A stretch of 64,000 bases of DNA from Isurus oxyrinchus (GCA_026770705.1 JANJGN010000052.1:2170001-2234000), one strand, 5' to 3'; numbered from the stretch's first letter, positions 23,462 through 36,100 are shown. Notes: generated by a model from the sequence alone, not told the origin. Program-made: numbers and translations.

Positions 23462-23930
23462 AATCAAGACGCTCGACACCATCCAGGACAAAGCAGCCCG
23501 ATTGATCCATACCCCATCCACCACATTAAACATTCACTCCCTCCACCACGAACACACAGTGGCAGCAGTGTGTGTACCATCTACAAGATGCACTGCAGCA
23601 ACTCAGCAAGGCTCCTTCAACAGCACCTTCCAAATACGCGACCTCTACCATCTAGAAGGACAAGGACAGCAGACACATGGGAACACCACCACCTGGAAGT
23701 TCCCCTCCAAGTCACTCACCATCCTGACTTGGAAATATATCACCGTTCCTTCACTGTCGCTGGGTCAAAATCCTGGAATTCCCTCTCTAACAGCACTGTG
23801 GGTGTACCTACACCACATGCACTGCAGCGGGTGAAGAAGGCAGCTCACCACCACCTTCTCAAGGGTAGTTAGAGATTGGCATCAATGCGGACATCACCAG
23901 TGACAGCCACATTCGATGTAAGAATTAAAA
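23462..23930 (+). mobile_element. LINE 3' fragment (duplicated at 26265-26737)
   Basis: LDTIQDKAARLI..NIHSLHH..CTIYKMHCSNSARLLQQHLP motif and 3' tail. Confidence 0.8.
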
Positions 23931-23948
23931 ATCTCACAGCTCAATGTA

Positions 23949-23954
23949 TTTATT
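23949..23954 (-). terminator. Polyadenylation signal candidate for the proximal terminal exon
   Basis: AATAAA on the minus strand ~530 nt after the stop at 24487, at the duplication junction. Confidence 0.45.
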
Positions 23955-24254
23955 GTGACCCTGCTGCACACACGCCCTGTCAAAGGAACCTCTGTGGTTC
24001 CATTATTAATCGAAGCAGATCAGAGTTACTGCAACAACTTGCATTTATATAGCACCTTCAATGTAGCAAAATGTCCCAAGGCTCATCCGGGGATTGTTAG
24101 TCACATTTCACCTGTCTCTGAGGCACATGAGGAGATATTAGGGACAGGAGACCAACAGCTGAGTCAACAAAGTCAGTCATTAACGGGCATCTTAAAGGAG
24201 GAGCTGGAGATAGAGAATGAGAGACAGACACAGAAAGAAAGAGAGAGACAGAGA

Positions 24255-24289
<35 letters not shown>

Positions 24290-24486
24290 TGAATCTCACT
24301 CCCCAATGGCTCAGCATCCAGTCCTCTCTGGAGAAGCATTTCATTCCAAACCACACCAACCGTAGCCCAATTGCATCCCTTCCTCCCTCTCTCCCCCTCT
24401 CCCCCAGTGGGTTGTTTCCTGTTCCCAGGAATCTCAATCCCTACCCGCACACGCACATCTCCTCACTCCCACTCCCCATTTCTCAT

Positions 24487-24735
24487 TCAGTTATGCTCAA
24501 ACCTGATCTGTGCGTATTCCGTCTCCTCTTCCCTGTGGACAGACCCATCACCACTGGGCACCCTCAAAACTTGGGGATTGGCGTAGAGAAACTCTTCAGG
24601 TTTGCCGGGGTTCCCATGTCCAACATCGCCTCCCACTGGACCTTCAGAGAGACCCCGGGGAGCTGGGGTCTCCCCCTCGCCAGTTGTGTCTCTGGTTGTG
24701 TTCCGGGGCTCAGTAATCAGCACGTTCTGTTTACC
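24487..24735 (-). CDS. Gene B proximal terminal exon with disrupted ITIM (FLYANP) and intact TEYAQI
   Basis: Same acceptor and 249-nt length as the distal copy; open frame to TGA. Confidence 0.85.
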   Translation of the reverse strand, partial: GKQNVLITEPRNTTRDTTGEGETPAPRGLSEGPVGGDVGHGNPGKPEEFLYANPQVLRVPSGDGSVHREEETEYAQIRFEHN

Positions 24736-24879
24736 CTACAGAGAAATGGAAACAGAAGACATCCTCACATCATTTACTGGCACTGATAGGGTTAAGTTAT
24801 TGAGCAGCCTCATTAGTGTAAGTCTTGTCTCAGTGGGTTTAACCCTCTCTCTCATGTCATCTGAAAGAAACCACCTATG

Positions 24880-25462
24880 GCAGTGCAGTGCTCCCTCAGT
24901 ACTGACCCCCCCGACTGTGCAGCACATCCTCAATAGTGACCCTCTGTCAGTCTCACACTCCCTCATTACTGACCCTCTGTCAGTCTCGCACTCCCTCATT
25001 ACTGACCCTCTGTCAGTCTCACACTCCCTCAGTACTGACCCTCTGTCAGTCTCACACTCCCTCAGTACTGACCCTCTGACAGCACAGCAAAAACCTCAGT
25101 ACTGACCCTCTGACAGTGCTGCGCTCCCTCAGTACTGACCCTCCGACAGTGCCGCGCTTCCTCAGTACTGACCCTCCGACAGTGCCGCGCTTCCTCAGTA
25201 CTGACCCTCCGACAGTGCCGCGCTTCCTCAGTACTGACCCTCCGACAGTGCCGCGCTTCATCAGTACTGACCCTCCGACAGTGCAGCGCTTCCTCAGTAC
25301 TGACCCTCCGACAGTACAGCGCTTCCTCAGTACTGACCCTCCGACAGTGCCGCGCTTCCTCAGTACTGACCCTCCGACAGTGCAGCGTTCCCTCAGTACT
25401 GACACTCCGACGGTGCAACTCTCCCTCAGTACTGACCCTCTGTCAGTCTCGCACTCCCTCGG
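24880..25462. repeat. 33-bp minisatellite
   Basis: Tandem CAGTACTGACCCTCCGACAGTGCCGCGCTTCCT units. Confidence 0.9.
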
Positions 25463-26052
25463 TAATGGCTCTGGTGAGTGACGGCTTGGATTCTTCACTC
25501 AAGTATCTGGTGTGAGGCTCAATAACATGAATCTTGTAATCAGAGAGAGGATGAGAGAGAGAGAAAGAGAGAGAAAGAAAGGGAGGTTGAGATAGAGAGA
25601 GAGACTGGAATTTGTGAGGTGAAAATGCCTGGAATCTGCTTAAAGTCTATGGGTTGTCTTAGAGGAGATTAGTTTGAGAATTTGTTAAAAAGTTATGATA
25701 ATACTAGTTTGTAGCCATGTGCATATGTTTAACTTGTGTAAATTAATATATGTCTCATTTAGTTTGATATAAACCCATCTCCAGAACTGGTGGTATTATT
25801 CCTGAATTTAGAGCTGCATCTCAAACATTCCACTGGGAAATATAGGTTATGACAGTTGTTTAAAGTTTCCCTCTGGGATTTTAAACAACAGCCTTTACCA
25901 GTTTCCTTGTCATAACAGAGAGACAGCATGATACTGAACCATTGCTGACTCCACAGGTACAAATCAGTGGGTAACTGGGCAGGGAATCTGGGACATATGT
26001 TGTCTACACACTGAGATTGAAGCTTTGGAGTGAGTGTAAACAGCTCCTGTAC

Positions 26053-26134
26053 CTGGTGGTTCACAGAGAGTGGACTGGGGGTCAATGCAATGTCACTGGT
26101 CCCTGAAACTCTCTCCTCCATCGCTGTCTTTCTC
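26053..26134 (-). CDS. Gene B juxtamembrane cytoplasmic exon, proximal copy
   Basis: 82 nt, phase 2 to 0; differs from the distal copy by K>N near the end. Confidence 0.85.
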
Positions 26135-26857
26135 CTGCAATAACACAATATCACACTGTGGTTATCATATAGCAGAGAGTCAGTGCAGCACAGACACAGA
26201 GCCCACTGAAACCTTACACCAACGACTGGGACTGTCTCTTTAAATCAGTTCTGCACAAAGCACAGAATCAAGAAGCTTGACACCATCCAGGACAAAGCAG
26301 CCCGATTGATCCACACCCCATCCCCCACATTAAACATTCACTCCCTCCACCACGAACACACAGTGGCAGCAGTGTGTGTACCATCTACAAGATGCACTGC
26401 AGCAACTCAGCAAGGCTCCTTCAACAGCACCTTCCAAACCCACGACCTCTACCATCTAGAAGGACAAGGGCAGCAGACACATGGGAACACCACCACCTGG
26501 AAGTTCCCCTCCAAGTCACTCACCATCCTGACTTGGAAATATATCATCGTTCCTTCACTGTCGCTGGGTCAAAATCCTGGAACTCCCTCTCTAACAGCAC
26601 TTTGGGTGTACCTACACCACATGGACTGCAGCGGGTCAAGAAGGCAGCTCACTACCTCCTTCTCAAGGGGCAATTAGAGATGGGCAATTAATATCGGCCA
26701 CGCCAGTGACAGCCACATTCGATGAAAGAATTTAAAATCTCACAGCTCAGGAGTAAGCCACTCAGCCCATCGTGCCTGTGCTGGCCCTTTGTAAAAACTG
26801 TCCAATTAGTCCTAAACAAATGTTTATATTAAAATCAAGTTAAATCTTCAGACTTAC

Positions 26858-26954
26858 TTTCTCACACAGATGAAGATGAAGATTCCAGCCAGGAAAACAC
26901 TCAACATGATCCCAGCCGTGAACAATCCTACTGTCCATTTACTGGAGTCTCTAC
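26858..26954 (-). CDS. Gene B transmembrane exon GRDSSKWTVGLFTAGIMLSVFLAGIFIFICVRK
   Basis: tttttacag|GT..AA|GTAAGT, 97 nt, phase 1 to 2; uncharged hydrophobic helix with basic stop-transfer. Confidence 0.9.
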
Positions 26955-27826
26955 CTGTAAAAACAGCCATTAATTACTGCACTACAGGTTTACAATGATG
27001 CTCCGATGTATCTCGAGAAGCGATACACTCACTCAGTGTTTAAATACTCATTCTCGGGCAATGCTGACATTTATTGTCCATCCCTAGTTTCCCCTTGAGA
27101 AGGTGGTGGGGGGTCTTCCTCCTGAACCACTGGTTTGTCCCAAACTGGGAGACCAGTTCAGAGGGCAGGTAAGAGTTAACCATGTTGGTGTCTGAGACTG
27201 GAGTCACTTATACACCCAGACCTGTTAAAATGGACAGGTTTCCCTCACTAAATGTGTAATTATATCTTTAATTTCTATATATATGTATCAACTAACCTCA
27301 CTAAAATAATCAATTATCACGCTGTTGTTTGTGGGATCTTGCTGTGCACAAATCAGCTGTTGCGTTTCTCAACGTAATCTATGTAACATTTATATATAAT
27401 ATTTATCAATGTAATCTATGTAACATTTATATATAATGTTTCTCGATGTAATCTATGTAATGTTTATATATAATATTTTATCGTTTGGGAGGAGAACCTG
27501 AGTATTGCTGAGAAAGGACATTTTGTCAAAGCTTTCTGTCTTGCACCCAATGAAGCAGCTTATCTGGGGGAGAGGGTTCCAGATTTCCACTCCCCTTTGT
27601 GTGAAGAAGTGCTTCCTGACATCACCCCCTGAATGGCCTGGCTCCAATTTGACCAAGTGTTGCCATTGTCACATGAGGTCAGGTGATTCAAAGCTTGGTC
27701 AAAGGGGTCAGTTGTAAAGAGCATCTTAGAGGAGGTAGAGAGAGAGGTGGAGAGGTTGAGGGAGGGAATTCTCGAGTTTAGGGATCAATCCAGCTGAGTG
27801 GAGATCGATCCTGAGCGAGTTCTCAC

Positions 27827-28120
27827 CTTTGACCCACAGATACACCTTGAACATGGCTTCCCCATGTGGGTTTTGAACCGAGCAGGATGCAATCACTCCC
27901 CCCTCATCCTGGGGTCTCATCAGGGTGAGGGAACCAGTCACCAGATGCCCATCTCTGACCTGCCACGACACAAAACCTCCGTGTGTTTGGTTACCACTGA
28001 TGTTGGCACTGGGCAGGTGCCAGGTGAGGTCTCCGGGTGGGTTGGAGGTGGCCACACAGACGCAGGTGACCCCCTCTGACCTCCGAGTGCACTCCGACTG
28101 CTGGGAAATCTCCGGCTTAT
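27827..28120 (-). CDS. Gene B membrane-proximal Ig exon (MAG domain-5-like)
   Basis: 294 nt, phase 1-1; YKPEISQQSECTRRSEGVTCVCVATSNPP..SCSVQNPHG has the extra-Cys CxC pattern of MAG-type last domains. Confidence 0.9.
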
Positions 28121-28194
28121 CTGAGGAGGGAAGGACAACAATGAGACAACGTCATAGCAAAGTTAGAGCGTAAGATAGAATCTTCACACTGAAA

Positions 28195-29060
28195 CACTCA
28201 TTCCTGCCTTTGTTACCTCCACACTCGACTATCCCAACACTCTCCTGCCCGACCTCCCATCTTCCATTCTCCGTAAACATCAGCTCATCCCAAACTCTGC
28301 TGTCCCCATGTCCTAACTCACACCGAGTCCCGTTCACACATCACTCCATGTTGGTCACTGAGCTACACTGGCTCCCGGTCCGACAATGCCACAATTTTAA
28401 AATTAACATCGTTTCAAATCCCTCCTTACCCCCTCCCTATCTCTGTTACCTCCTCCAGCCCCTACAACCCTCCGTATCTCTGTAACCTCCTCCAGCCATC
28501 ACAACCCTCCCTATCTCTGTTACCTCCTCCAGACCCCACAACCCTCCCTATCTCTGTAACCTCCTCCAGCCATCACAACCCTCCCTATCTCTGTTACCTC
28601 CTCCAGACCCTACAACCCTCCCTATCTCTGTAACCTCCTCCAGCCTCTACACCCCTCCCTATCTCTGTAACCTCCTCCAGCCTCTACACCCCTCCCTATC
28701 TCTGTAACCTCCTCCAGTCCCTACACCCCTCCCTATCTCTGTAACCTCCTCCAGCCCCTACAGCGTTCCCTATCTCTGTTACCTCCTCCAGACCCCACAA
28801 CCCTCCCTATCTCTGTAACCTCCTCCAGCATCTACAACCCTCCGAGGTCTCTGTGTTCCTCCAATTCCGGCCTCTTGACCATCCCCCGATTCCTATCGCT
28901 CCACCATTGGCGGCCGTGTCTTCAGCTGCCTGGGCCCCGAGCTCTAGAATTCCCACCGTAAACCTCTCCATGTCTATCTCTCTCCTCATTTCAGACACTC
29001 CTTAAAATCTGGCCTCTTTCTCTGAGCTTTCAGTCCCTGTTCTAATATCTCCTTATGTAT
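28195..29060 (+). mobile_element. L2 LINE 3' fragment with internal 37-bp tandem expansion
   Basis: LHWLPV motif; tandem array at 28435-28845. Confidence 0.8.
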
Positions 29061-29187
29061 CTCGGAGAGGCACAGGGTGAAAAAAGCAGGGACGTGATGC
29101 TAGTTATGCTAAACAACAGCAAGGAAGCTGCCCTCAGACAGAAAGTGTTTGAGTTTTAAGCAGAGACAGGGGGAGTAAAATGCTTAC

Positions 29188-29463
29188 ATTGTACGTTCAG
29201 GTGGGTGATGTTGGAGGTGCTGTTACCCACCGGGTTCCTCGCTGTGCAGTAGAAACCTGCATCATTCTCCCGTGTTACAGGAGTGAAGGAGAGAGTGCGG
29301 CTACTTGTGTTTAACTGGGTGCTGGTGTTCCCCTCGATCCTGAACCAGGTGTAATGAGATATCGGTGGGACACTTTCACTGGAGCAGGTTAATGTGATAT
29401 TGCTTCCCTCTCTTATCCCACCTGAGGATCTGCTGATGGACACCATCGTCTCCTGTGGGGGAT
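29188..29463 (-). CDS. Gene B C2-set Ig exon (CD22/sialoadhesin-like)
   Basis: 276 nt, phase 1-1; PPQETMVSIS..EGSNITLTCSSESVPPISHYTWF..DAGFYCTARNPVG. Confidence 0.9.
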
Positions 29464-29784
29464 CTGGAACAAAGACAGAGAACAATCAGCAGGTAATCCC
29501 CACACCCCACAGCTCTCCGAAATCTCTGCGCTCCTCCAATTCCGACCTCTTGCACATTCTCCCATTCCCATCTCTCCACCATTGGCGGCCGTGCCTTCAG
29601 CTGCCTGGACCCTAACCTCTGGAATTCCCTCCATCATTTCTCACCTCCTTCGGACAAAATCTGACCCCGAGTCACATTAGGAGATATTAGGAAAGGTGAG
29701 CAAAAGCTCGCTGAAAGCAGGAGGTTTTAACAGTGTGTCTTAATGGTTTTAAGGAGCATCTTAATGGTTGAGAAAGAGTTGGAG

Positions 29785-31012
29785 ATTGTGTATCTCCCGC
29801 GCATCCCCCCTTGCAAATTCCTCTCCCTCCCAGTGCAATGTAAGGGTCCCTCCTGTCTTCACTTTTCACCCCACCAGCCTCCTCATTCAAAGGATCATTC
29901 TCCGCCATTTCAGCCAACTCCAGCATGATGCCACCACCAAACACATCTTCCCTTCACCACATCCGCCCCCCCCCCCCCCCACCCCCCCCCCACGTTGGCA
30001 TTCCATAGGGATCATTCCCTCGAGGTCACTCTGGTCCACTCCTCCATCACCCCTAGCACCTCAACCCTCTCCGATGACATCTTCCCATGTATTTACAGAA
30101 GGTGTAACACCTGCCACTTTACTTCCTCTCCCCTCACTGTCCAATGACCCAAACACTCCTTCCAGGTGAAGCAGCGCTTCATGCAGACTTCCTTCAATTT
30201 AATCTACTGCATTCACTGCTCCCAGTGTGGTCTCCTCTACATTGGAGACACCAAACACAGACTGGGTGATCGCTCTGATGAACACCTTCAGCCTGTCTGC
30301 AAGCATGACCCAGACCTCCCTGTTGCTTGCCATTTTAACACCCCACCCTGCTCTCATGCCCACATGTCCGTCCTTGGCCTGCTGCATTGTTCCAGTGAAG
30401 CCCAACGCAAACTGGAGGAACAGCACCTCATCTTCCGACCTGGCACTTTTCAGCCTTCCCGACTGAATATTGAGATCAACACTTTCAGATCATGAACTCT
30501 CTCCTCGATCTTCACTGTTTTTTGAACCCTTTTTTATGTATTCATTTTAATTGTTTTATTTGTTGACTGTTTTCCACTTATTTTTATTATTATTATTTGA
30601 AATTCATTTCCATTTTATTGATTGTGTTAAACCGCAGATTTTAGTCTATTTTCGATCTTTATTCCCTCCACCGTCCCCTCTCCCTGCCACACCCCCACGA
30701 GGGCCATCTGTCTCTTTCCAGAGTGCTTACCCTGGTCCGCCCATTATCACACTCTGCTTAATGTCACCATTAGCACCTCCTTTATCCAATACCACCACTG
30801 TTAACAACCCTTTGACCTTTTGTTTATGACATCTTCCACAATCTCTCCATTGCCTCCACCTATCGCTGGTTTTCTATCCAGCTCCACCTGTCCCATCGCC
30901 CCCCCTTAGACAGGATATATTTCACCACATGTCTACTTCCCTTTAGCTCTGAAGAAGAGTCATACAGACTCCAAACGCTAACCCTGTCTTTCTCTCCACA
31001 GATGCTGCCAGA
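29785..31012 (+). mobile_element. Penelope-like retroelement 3' part with GIY-YIG endonuclease
   Basis: NLIYCIHCSQCGLLYIGDTKHRLGDR..EH..PVACHFN..RKLEEQHLIFR; terminal hammerhead-like motif. Confidence 0.85.
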
Positions 31013-31322
31013 TGCTCAGAATCAGCTGGATGGACAGAAAGACCAATGAGTGGCTTAGATCAAGAGGAGACGTTCAGCAATTAAAAGGGTTGTTCAGGAC
31101 AGTTAGAGAGAGAAAGGTCATCAAGTACGGAGATTGGAAACGAAGACCTGACAGCCTTGTCCTCACAACCATTGAAGGAGAAACTGAGAGCAAAAACAGA
31201 AAGGGAGAGGAAAAATTGGATGTGTGGATAACGTGGACTGAGCGAGGATTGAAGAAAACTGGATTAAAAACAACACGATCCCAATGGCTCCACGGAGACC
31301 ACGGAGACAACAACCAAACAAA
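31012..31322 (+). mobile_element. RTE-type LINE 3' fragment
   Basis: MLRISWMDRKTNEW..IEGETESKNRKG resembles the RTE ORF C-terminus. Confidence 0.65.
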
Positions 31323-31339
31323 TGTATCTCCACACTCAC

Positions 31340-31406
31340 ATTCCACAGTGATGGTTATGAACCCCTCCACTGCTCCATGTTCATTCTCTGCCACACACTG
31401 ATAGTC
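31340..31406 (-). pseudogene. Gene B truncated C2-set exon remnant (DYQCVAENEHGAVEGFITITVE)
   Basis: Matches the last 67 nt of the intact exon at 53148-53429; donor GTGAGT kept, 5' ~215 nt missing. Confidence 0.85.
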
Positions 31407-31603
31407 ACAACCTGGGCCCCCTCTGCCCTATCAGGTTGGGATAAACAATCCCAAGGGTCAATACAAGGAACAGCTCTCCCTGCTCAATATCACTCATTAA
31501 AAAAGGACCAGTTTTGTCTTCAACCCAGTGAAGTTTGTGGGATCTTGCCCAGCACATTATATCCTAATACCGCTAATATAGAATGAAAGGTGTATGTACT
31601 TAC

Positions 31604-31900
31604 CTTGCACAGTTAGTACGAGGGTCCGCTCCGATGAAACAGATGGATATCTCACTCTGCAGCTGAGAGTGTGTCCGTGGTGTTTGAGTGATGGGATCAG
31701 GGTCAGAACAGAAGTATAGGTCAGAGTGACACCATGCTGAGTTACAGTGTTTGAGACTGATCCAGGCACATCAGTGGGAGTGTCCCAGGTTAAGACAGGT
31801 GCTGCTGTTCCATTGCACGTTGTGTTGAAGGTGCAGCTTACATCCACACGCTTTCCTGCAATAATTTCCGCAGGGAATATCGTGGGTTTATCTGTGAAAT
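31604..31900 (-). CDS. Gene B first C2-set exon (Siglec domain-2 type)
   Basis: 297 nt, phase 1-1; DFTDKPTIFP..VSCTFNTTC..PVLTW..PSLKHHGHTLSCRVRYP with the interdomain Cys. Confidence 0.9.
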
Positions 31901-32713
31901 CTAACAGACAGAGAATGGATCCTTTCAGAGAAATATAATGTGAAGCATCAGTTCAAATAGAAATCACAGTCCCACAAGAGAAAGCACTTTTACAAGGATG
32001 ATATCAGAACTGAGAGGTTACAACGATCAGGAGAGAATTTCCTATTTTCAGACTTAGTGGAGTTTCTGTCACTCAGATGAATTCATTTCCACTTTGAGAC
32101 AATTGAATTGACAATCCCAGGTGAGGGTGGGGGAGCAGCTCACAGTTCCTGGCACACTGGCTTGTTACTTTCTCCGAAATCTGCCAGATTTAAATTCTAT
32201 CCTGTCCCCAGCAGGAGAGAATCCATTTGAACCAATCACTGAACCGGCATCAAAAGCAGATGATCAGGTTATTGATCACATAGCTGTTTCTGGGAGCTTG
32301 CTGTGAATAAATTGGCTGCTGTGTTTCCCATATTACAACAAGGGCTACATTTCAAGAATTATTTCATTGGTTGTGAATCCATTTATGACGTACAGAGATG
32401 TTGAAAGGTGCTATAGAAATGCGAATCTTTCTTTTGTCGATATGTAAGACTGTCAAACAGGGTTACGGAGATCGATGGGAGTGGATATCCTGATAACATT
32501 GATGGACACAGTCAATACATTTAATCATTGATATTAAAGTGAGTATTAAAGGTTGCTTTAGGACTGAACTGGAAGCTATCACCAGGTTATTGAGAATCAG
32601 ACAGTGTGTTATAATAAGCTGTGTTTTGTGTTAATATGTAAACATCACAGTTTGTGTTATTTCCCATTGAGTGTTGAATGTGAATTGTTGAGTAATTATA
32701 ACACAGCACTTAC

Positions 32714-33082
32714 CAGAAACGTAAAGCTGGGTTACAGGGTAATAGTTATGGCTCGGACCATTGTCAAATTCTATCTTGAAAAAATAAGGTCCTGCATCTT
32801 CCCATCTGATGTTGTTTATAATCAGGGAACAGTCGCCATCTTTCAGGTCTCCAGACAGCAGGGTCCGATGGCGGAACCGTGGTAACTCGTGACTGTGATC
32901 CTTGGAGTGAAAGGCAATGGGAGCCCAGGGAATCTGTTTCTCATTATTAAACCAGACTCCACCTCGCGGTTGGTTTTCCAGACACGATGGATAACTGTAA
33001 TGACATGGAATCTGTACACACGAACCTTCCTGCGCTGTCACCTCTCGTGGAATGTCACCTTTCCACTCTTGTGAGGGTTCAT
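32714..33082 (-). CDS. Gene B second V-set exon (V2; essential Arg replaced by Lys)
   Basis: 369 nt, phase 1-1; QEGSCVQIPC..GDLKDGDCSLIINNI..DAGPYFFKIE. Confidence 0.9.
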
Positions 33083-33159
33083 CTGGGGAGAGAAATCTCA
33101 ATATTTAACTCTGGATGGTTTGTGGATCCACTGAAACCGATATTTACAGATGAGGCTGA

Positions 33160-33975
33160 ATTGGGGGGATGGTCAATACTGAGGAGAATGGCAACAAATT
33201 ATTTTGGCAGGAAGAATAGAAAAACAGGATATTATTTAAATGGAGACAGGCTGCAGAATGCAGTACAGAGGGATCTGGGTGTCCTTGTACATGAATCACA
33301 GAAAGTCAGCATTCAGGAACACCACGGAATGAGGAAGGCAAGTGGAATGTTGGCCTTTATTGCAAAGGGATGGAGTATAAAAGGAGGGAAGACTTGCAAC
33401 AGCTGCACAGGGTAAGATTGTATCAGGAGCAGTGTGTACAGTTCTGGTCTCCTTACTTAGGGAGGGATAGACTCTGCATTGAACGCAGTCCAGAGGAGGT
33501 TCACTGGGCTGATTCCTGGGATTAAAGGGTTTGTCCTGTGAGGAAATGTTGAGCAGGTTGGGCCTGTATCCATTGGAGTTTAGAAGAATGAGTGGTGACC
33601 TTATTGAAACATATCCGATTCCGAGGGGGCTTGACATGGTGGATGCTGGGAGGATGTTTCCCCCTCGTGGGGGAATCTAGAACCAGGGAGCACAGTTTCG
33701 GAATGAGGGCTCTCCCATTTAAGACTGAGATGAGGAGGAATTTCCTCTCTCAGAGGGGCGCTAGCCTGTGGAATTCTCTTCCCCAGAGAGCAGTGGAGGC
33801 TGGGCCATTGAATAGACTCAAGGCTGAGTGAGGCAGGTTTTTGATCGACAAGGGAGTCAAGGGTTTGTGTCAGGCAGGAAAATGGAGTTAAGGCCACAAC
33901 CAGATCAGTGAGAGCAGGCTCAAGGGGCCGAATGGCCTGCTCCTGTCCCTATTTCTTATGTTCCTACATTCTTAC
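33160..33975 (+). mobile_element. CR1 LINE 3' fragment
   Basis: FGRKNRKTGYYLNG..QRDLGVLVH..MRRNFLSQRGASLWNSLPQRAVEA and 3' tail. Confidence 0.9.
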
Positions 33976-34519
33976 CTTCTTAAAATATTAAAGCTGCAGA
34001 ATAAACATGAAGTGAATGACCCGCTCGACCCACCTTCCATCTGGGGGTCCCATGGGGAGGACCCTTCCTGAGCCAGATCCACCAGCCAACATGGTCTGGA
34101 TCCGAGCACAGGAGACACGGGGGGGGAGTGACTAACAGGCTCCTTGTGACAGACCCCGTCTGTCCAATGGCTGGCTTTCAGCTGCCAAGGCCAGAGTGGT
34201 CCTTGCTAAAACCAGCTCAGGACAGGCCAGGACCCCTGTGCAGACCCCCTCCAGCGCTGCAGCCTCTGTACAAACCCCTCATGCGCTTGTGGAGAGACAC
34301 AAACAAGGCTGCACATTACCGAGGAGAATCCCTTCTACGGACTAAGGGGCTGACTCATCACCTTAAACTCAGCAAATGAGGAGGCTCTCGCTCGGTATCG
34401 GGTCTTGGCATTCGCTCAATAAAAATAATCAAATGACATTTTGGTCAGAAATCTAAGGAGGATGTACATTCCGTCAAAAATAAGACTCAAGCTGGGGTCA
34501 AGGGTCAAAGGGCAACAAC

Positions 34520-36100
34520 TTATATTTACACAACAACTTGAACATGACAAATCACCCCAAGTTGCTACACAGGAGCGTCATAAAACAAAGTATGTCACCC
34601 AGACACATGTGGAGATATTAGCGACAGCTGGCCAGAAGAGTTCGGTGTTATGGAGAGACAGAGAGAAAGAGACAAAGAGACAGAGAGAGAGAGATAGAGA
34701 GAGTGAGAGAGAGGGATGGAGAGGGGTTGAGGGAGGGTATTACAGAGCTCGGGCCCCAGGCAGCTGAAGGCATGGACGCTGATGTTGGAGTGATGTGCTC
34801 GGGGGATGGTCAAGAGGCTGGAATTGGAGGAGTGCAGAGACATCAGAGGGTTGGAGGGGCTGGTGGAGGTTACAGAGGTAGGGAAAGTTGTCGGGACTGG
34901 AGCAGGCTACAGAGATAGGGAAGCTTTTAGGGGCAGGAGGAAGTTACAGAAATAGGGAGGGTTGTAGTGGCTGGAGGAGGTTGCAGAGATTGGTAGGTTT
35001 GTTGGGCAGGATGAATTTACAGCTATAGGGAAGTGATAGGAGCTTGAAGAGGTTACAGAGATAGGGATGGTTGTAGACAATTGAAGAGGTTACAGAGATA
35101 GGGAGTGTTGTAGGTACTGTAGGAGGATGAGGAGATTACAGGGATAGTGCGGAAACAAAGATGAAAATTTGGACATTGCGACTTTGCTTGACCAGGAGCC
35201 AGTCTCGGTCATCGAGCAGAGTGGGTGATAAGGGAACGGGACTTGGTGTGAGTAAGGACGTGGTCAGCAGTTTTGGATGGCCTCAAGTTTATGGAGTGTA
35301 GAGCGTGTGTTGGAACAGTCGAGTCTGGAGGTAATGAAGGCGTGGATGAGGGTTTCAGCAGCAGATGAGCTGAGACAGGGTGACGTCGTGCGATGTTACG
35401 CAGGTGGAAATAGACGGTGTTAGTGAGGGTGCAGATATGAGGCCGGAAGCTCATCTCAGGATCAAATGGGACAACAAAGCTGTGAACAGATTGGCTTCAA
35501 TCTCAGAGAGCTGCCAGGGAGTGGAATGGAGTTGGTAGCGAGGGAACAGAGTTTGGAGCGGGGAATGAAGACAATGGCCTCAGTCTTTCCAATATTTAAT
35601 TGGAGGGAATTTCTGCCCATCCAGTACTGGATGTCGGATAAGCAGCCTGATAATTTAGCAGCAGTGGAGGAGTCGAGAGAGGTGGTGGTGAGGTAGAGCT
35701 GGGGATCCTCAGTGGACAGGTGAAAAGTAACGCTGTTCAGATGATGCTGCAAAGCCATTGCAAGTGATTCTCTGGCTACGATGAGATGGATAAGAATGGA
35801 GCCAGGGGAGAGCAGTCCCACCCAGCTGGACCACAGTGGAGAGGGGTTGGAGGAGGATGGTGTGGTCGAGCGTGTCAAAGGCTGCAGACAGATCGAGAAG
35901 GACGAGGAGGGAAAGTTGACCTTTGTCACAGTCACACAGGATGCCATTTGTGACCTTGATAAGAGCTGTTTCAGCACAGTGGCTGGGGTGGGAACCTGAT
36001 TGGAGGGATTCAAACATGGAGTTCCGGGAAAGATGGGAATGGATTCGGGAAATGGAAACACGTTCAAGGACTTTGGAGGGGAACGAGAGGCTGGAGATGG
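34520..36100 (-). mobile_element. L2 LINE remnant with RT fragment
   Basis: RPISSLSFPSKVLERV..ETALIKVTN..LLVLLDLSAAFDTLDH..LQLNIGKTEAIVF. Confidence 0.9.
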
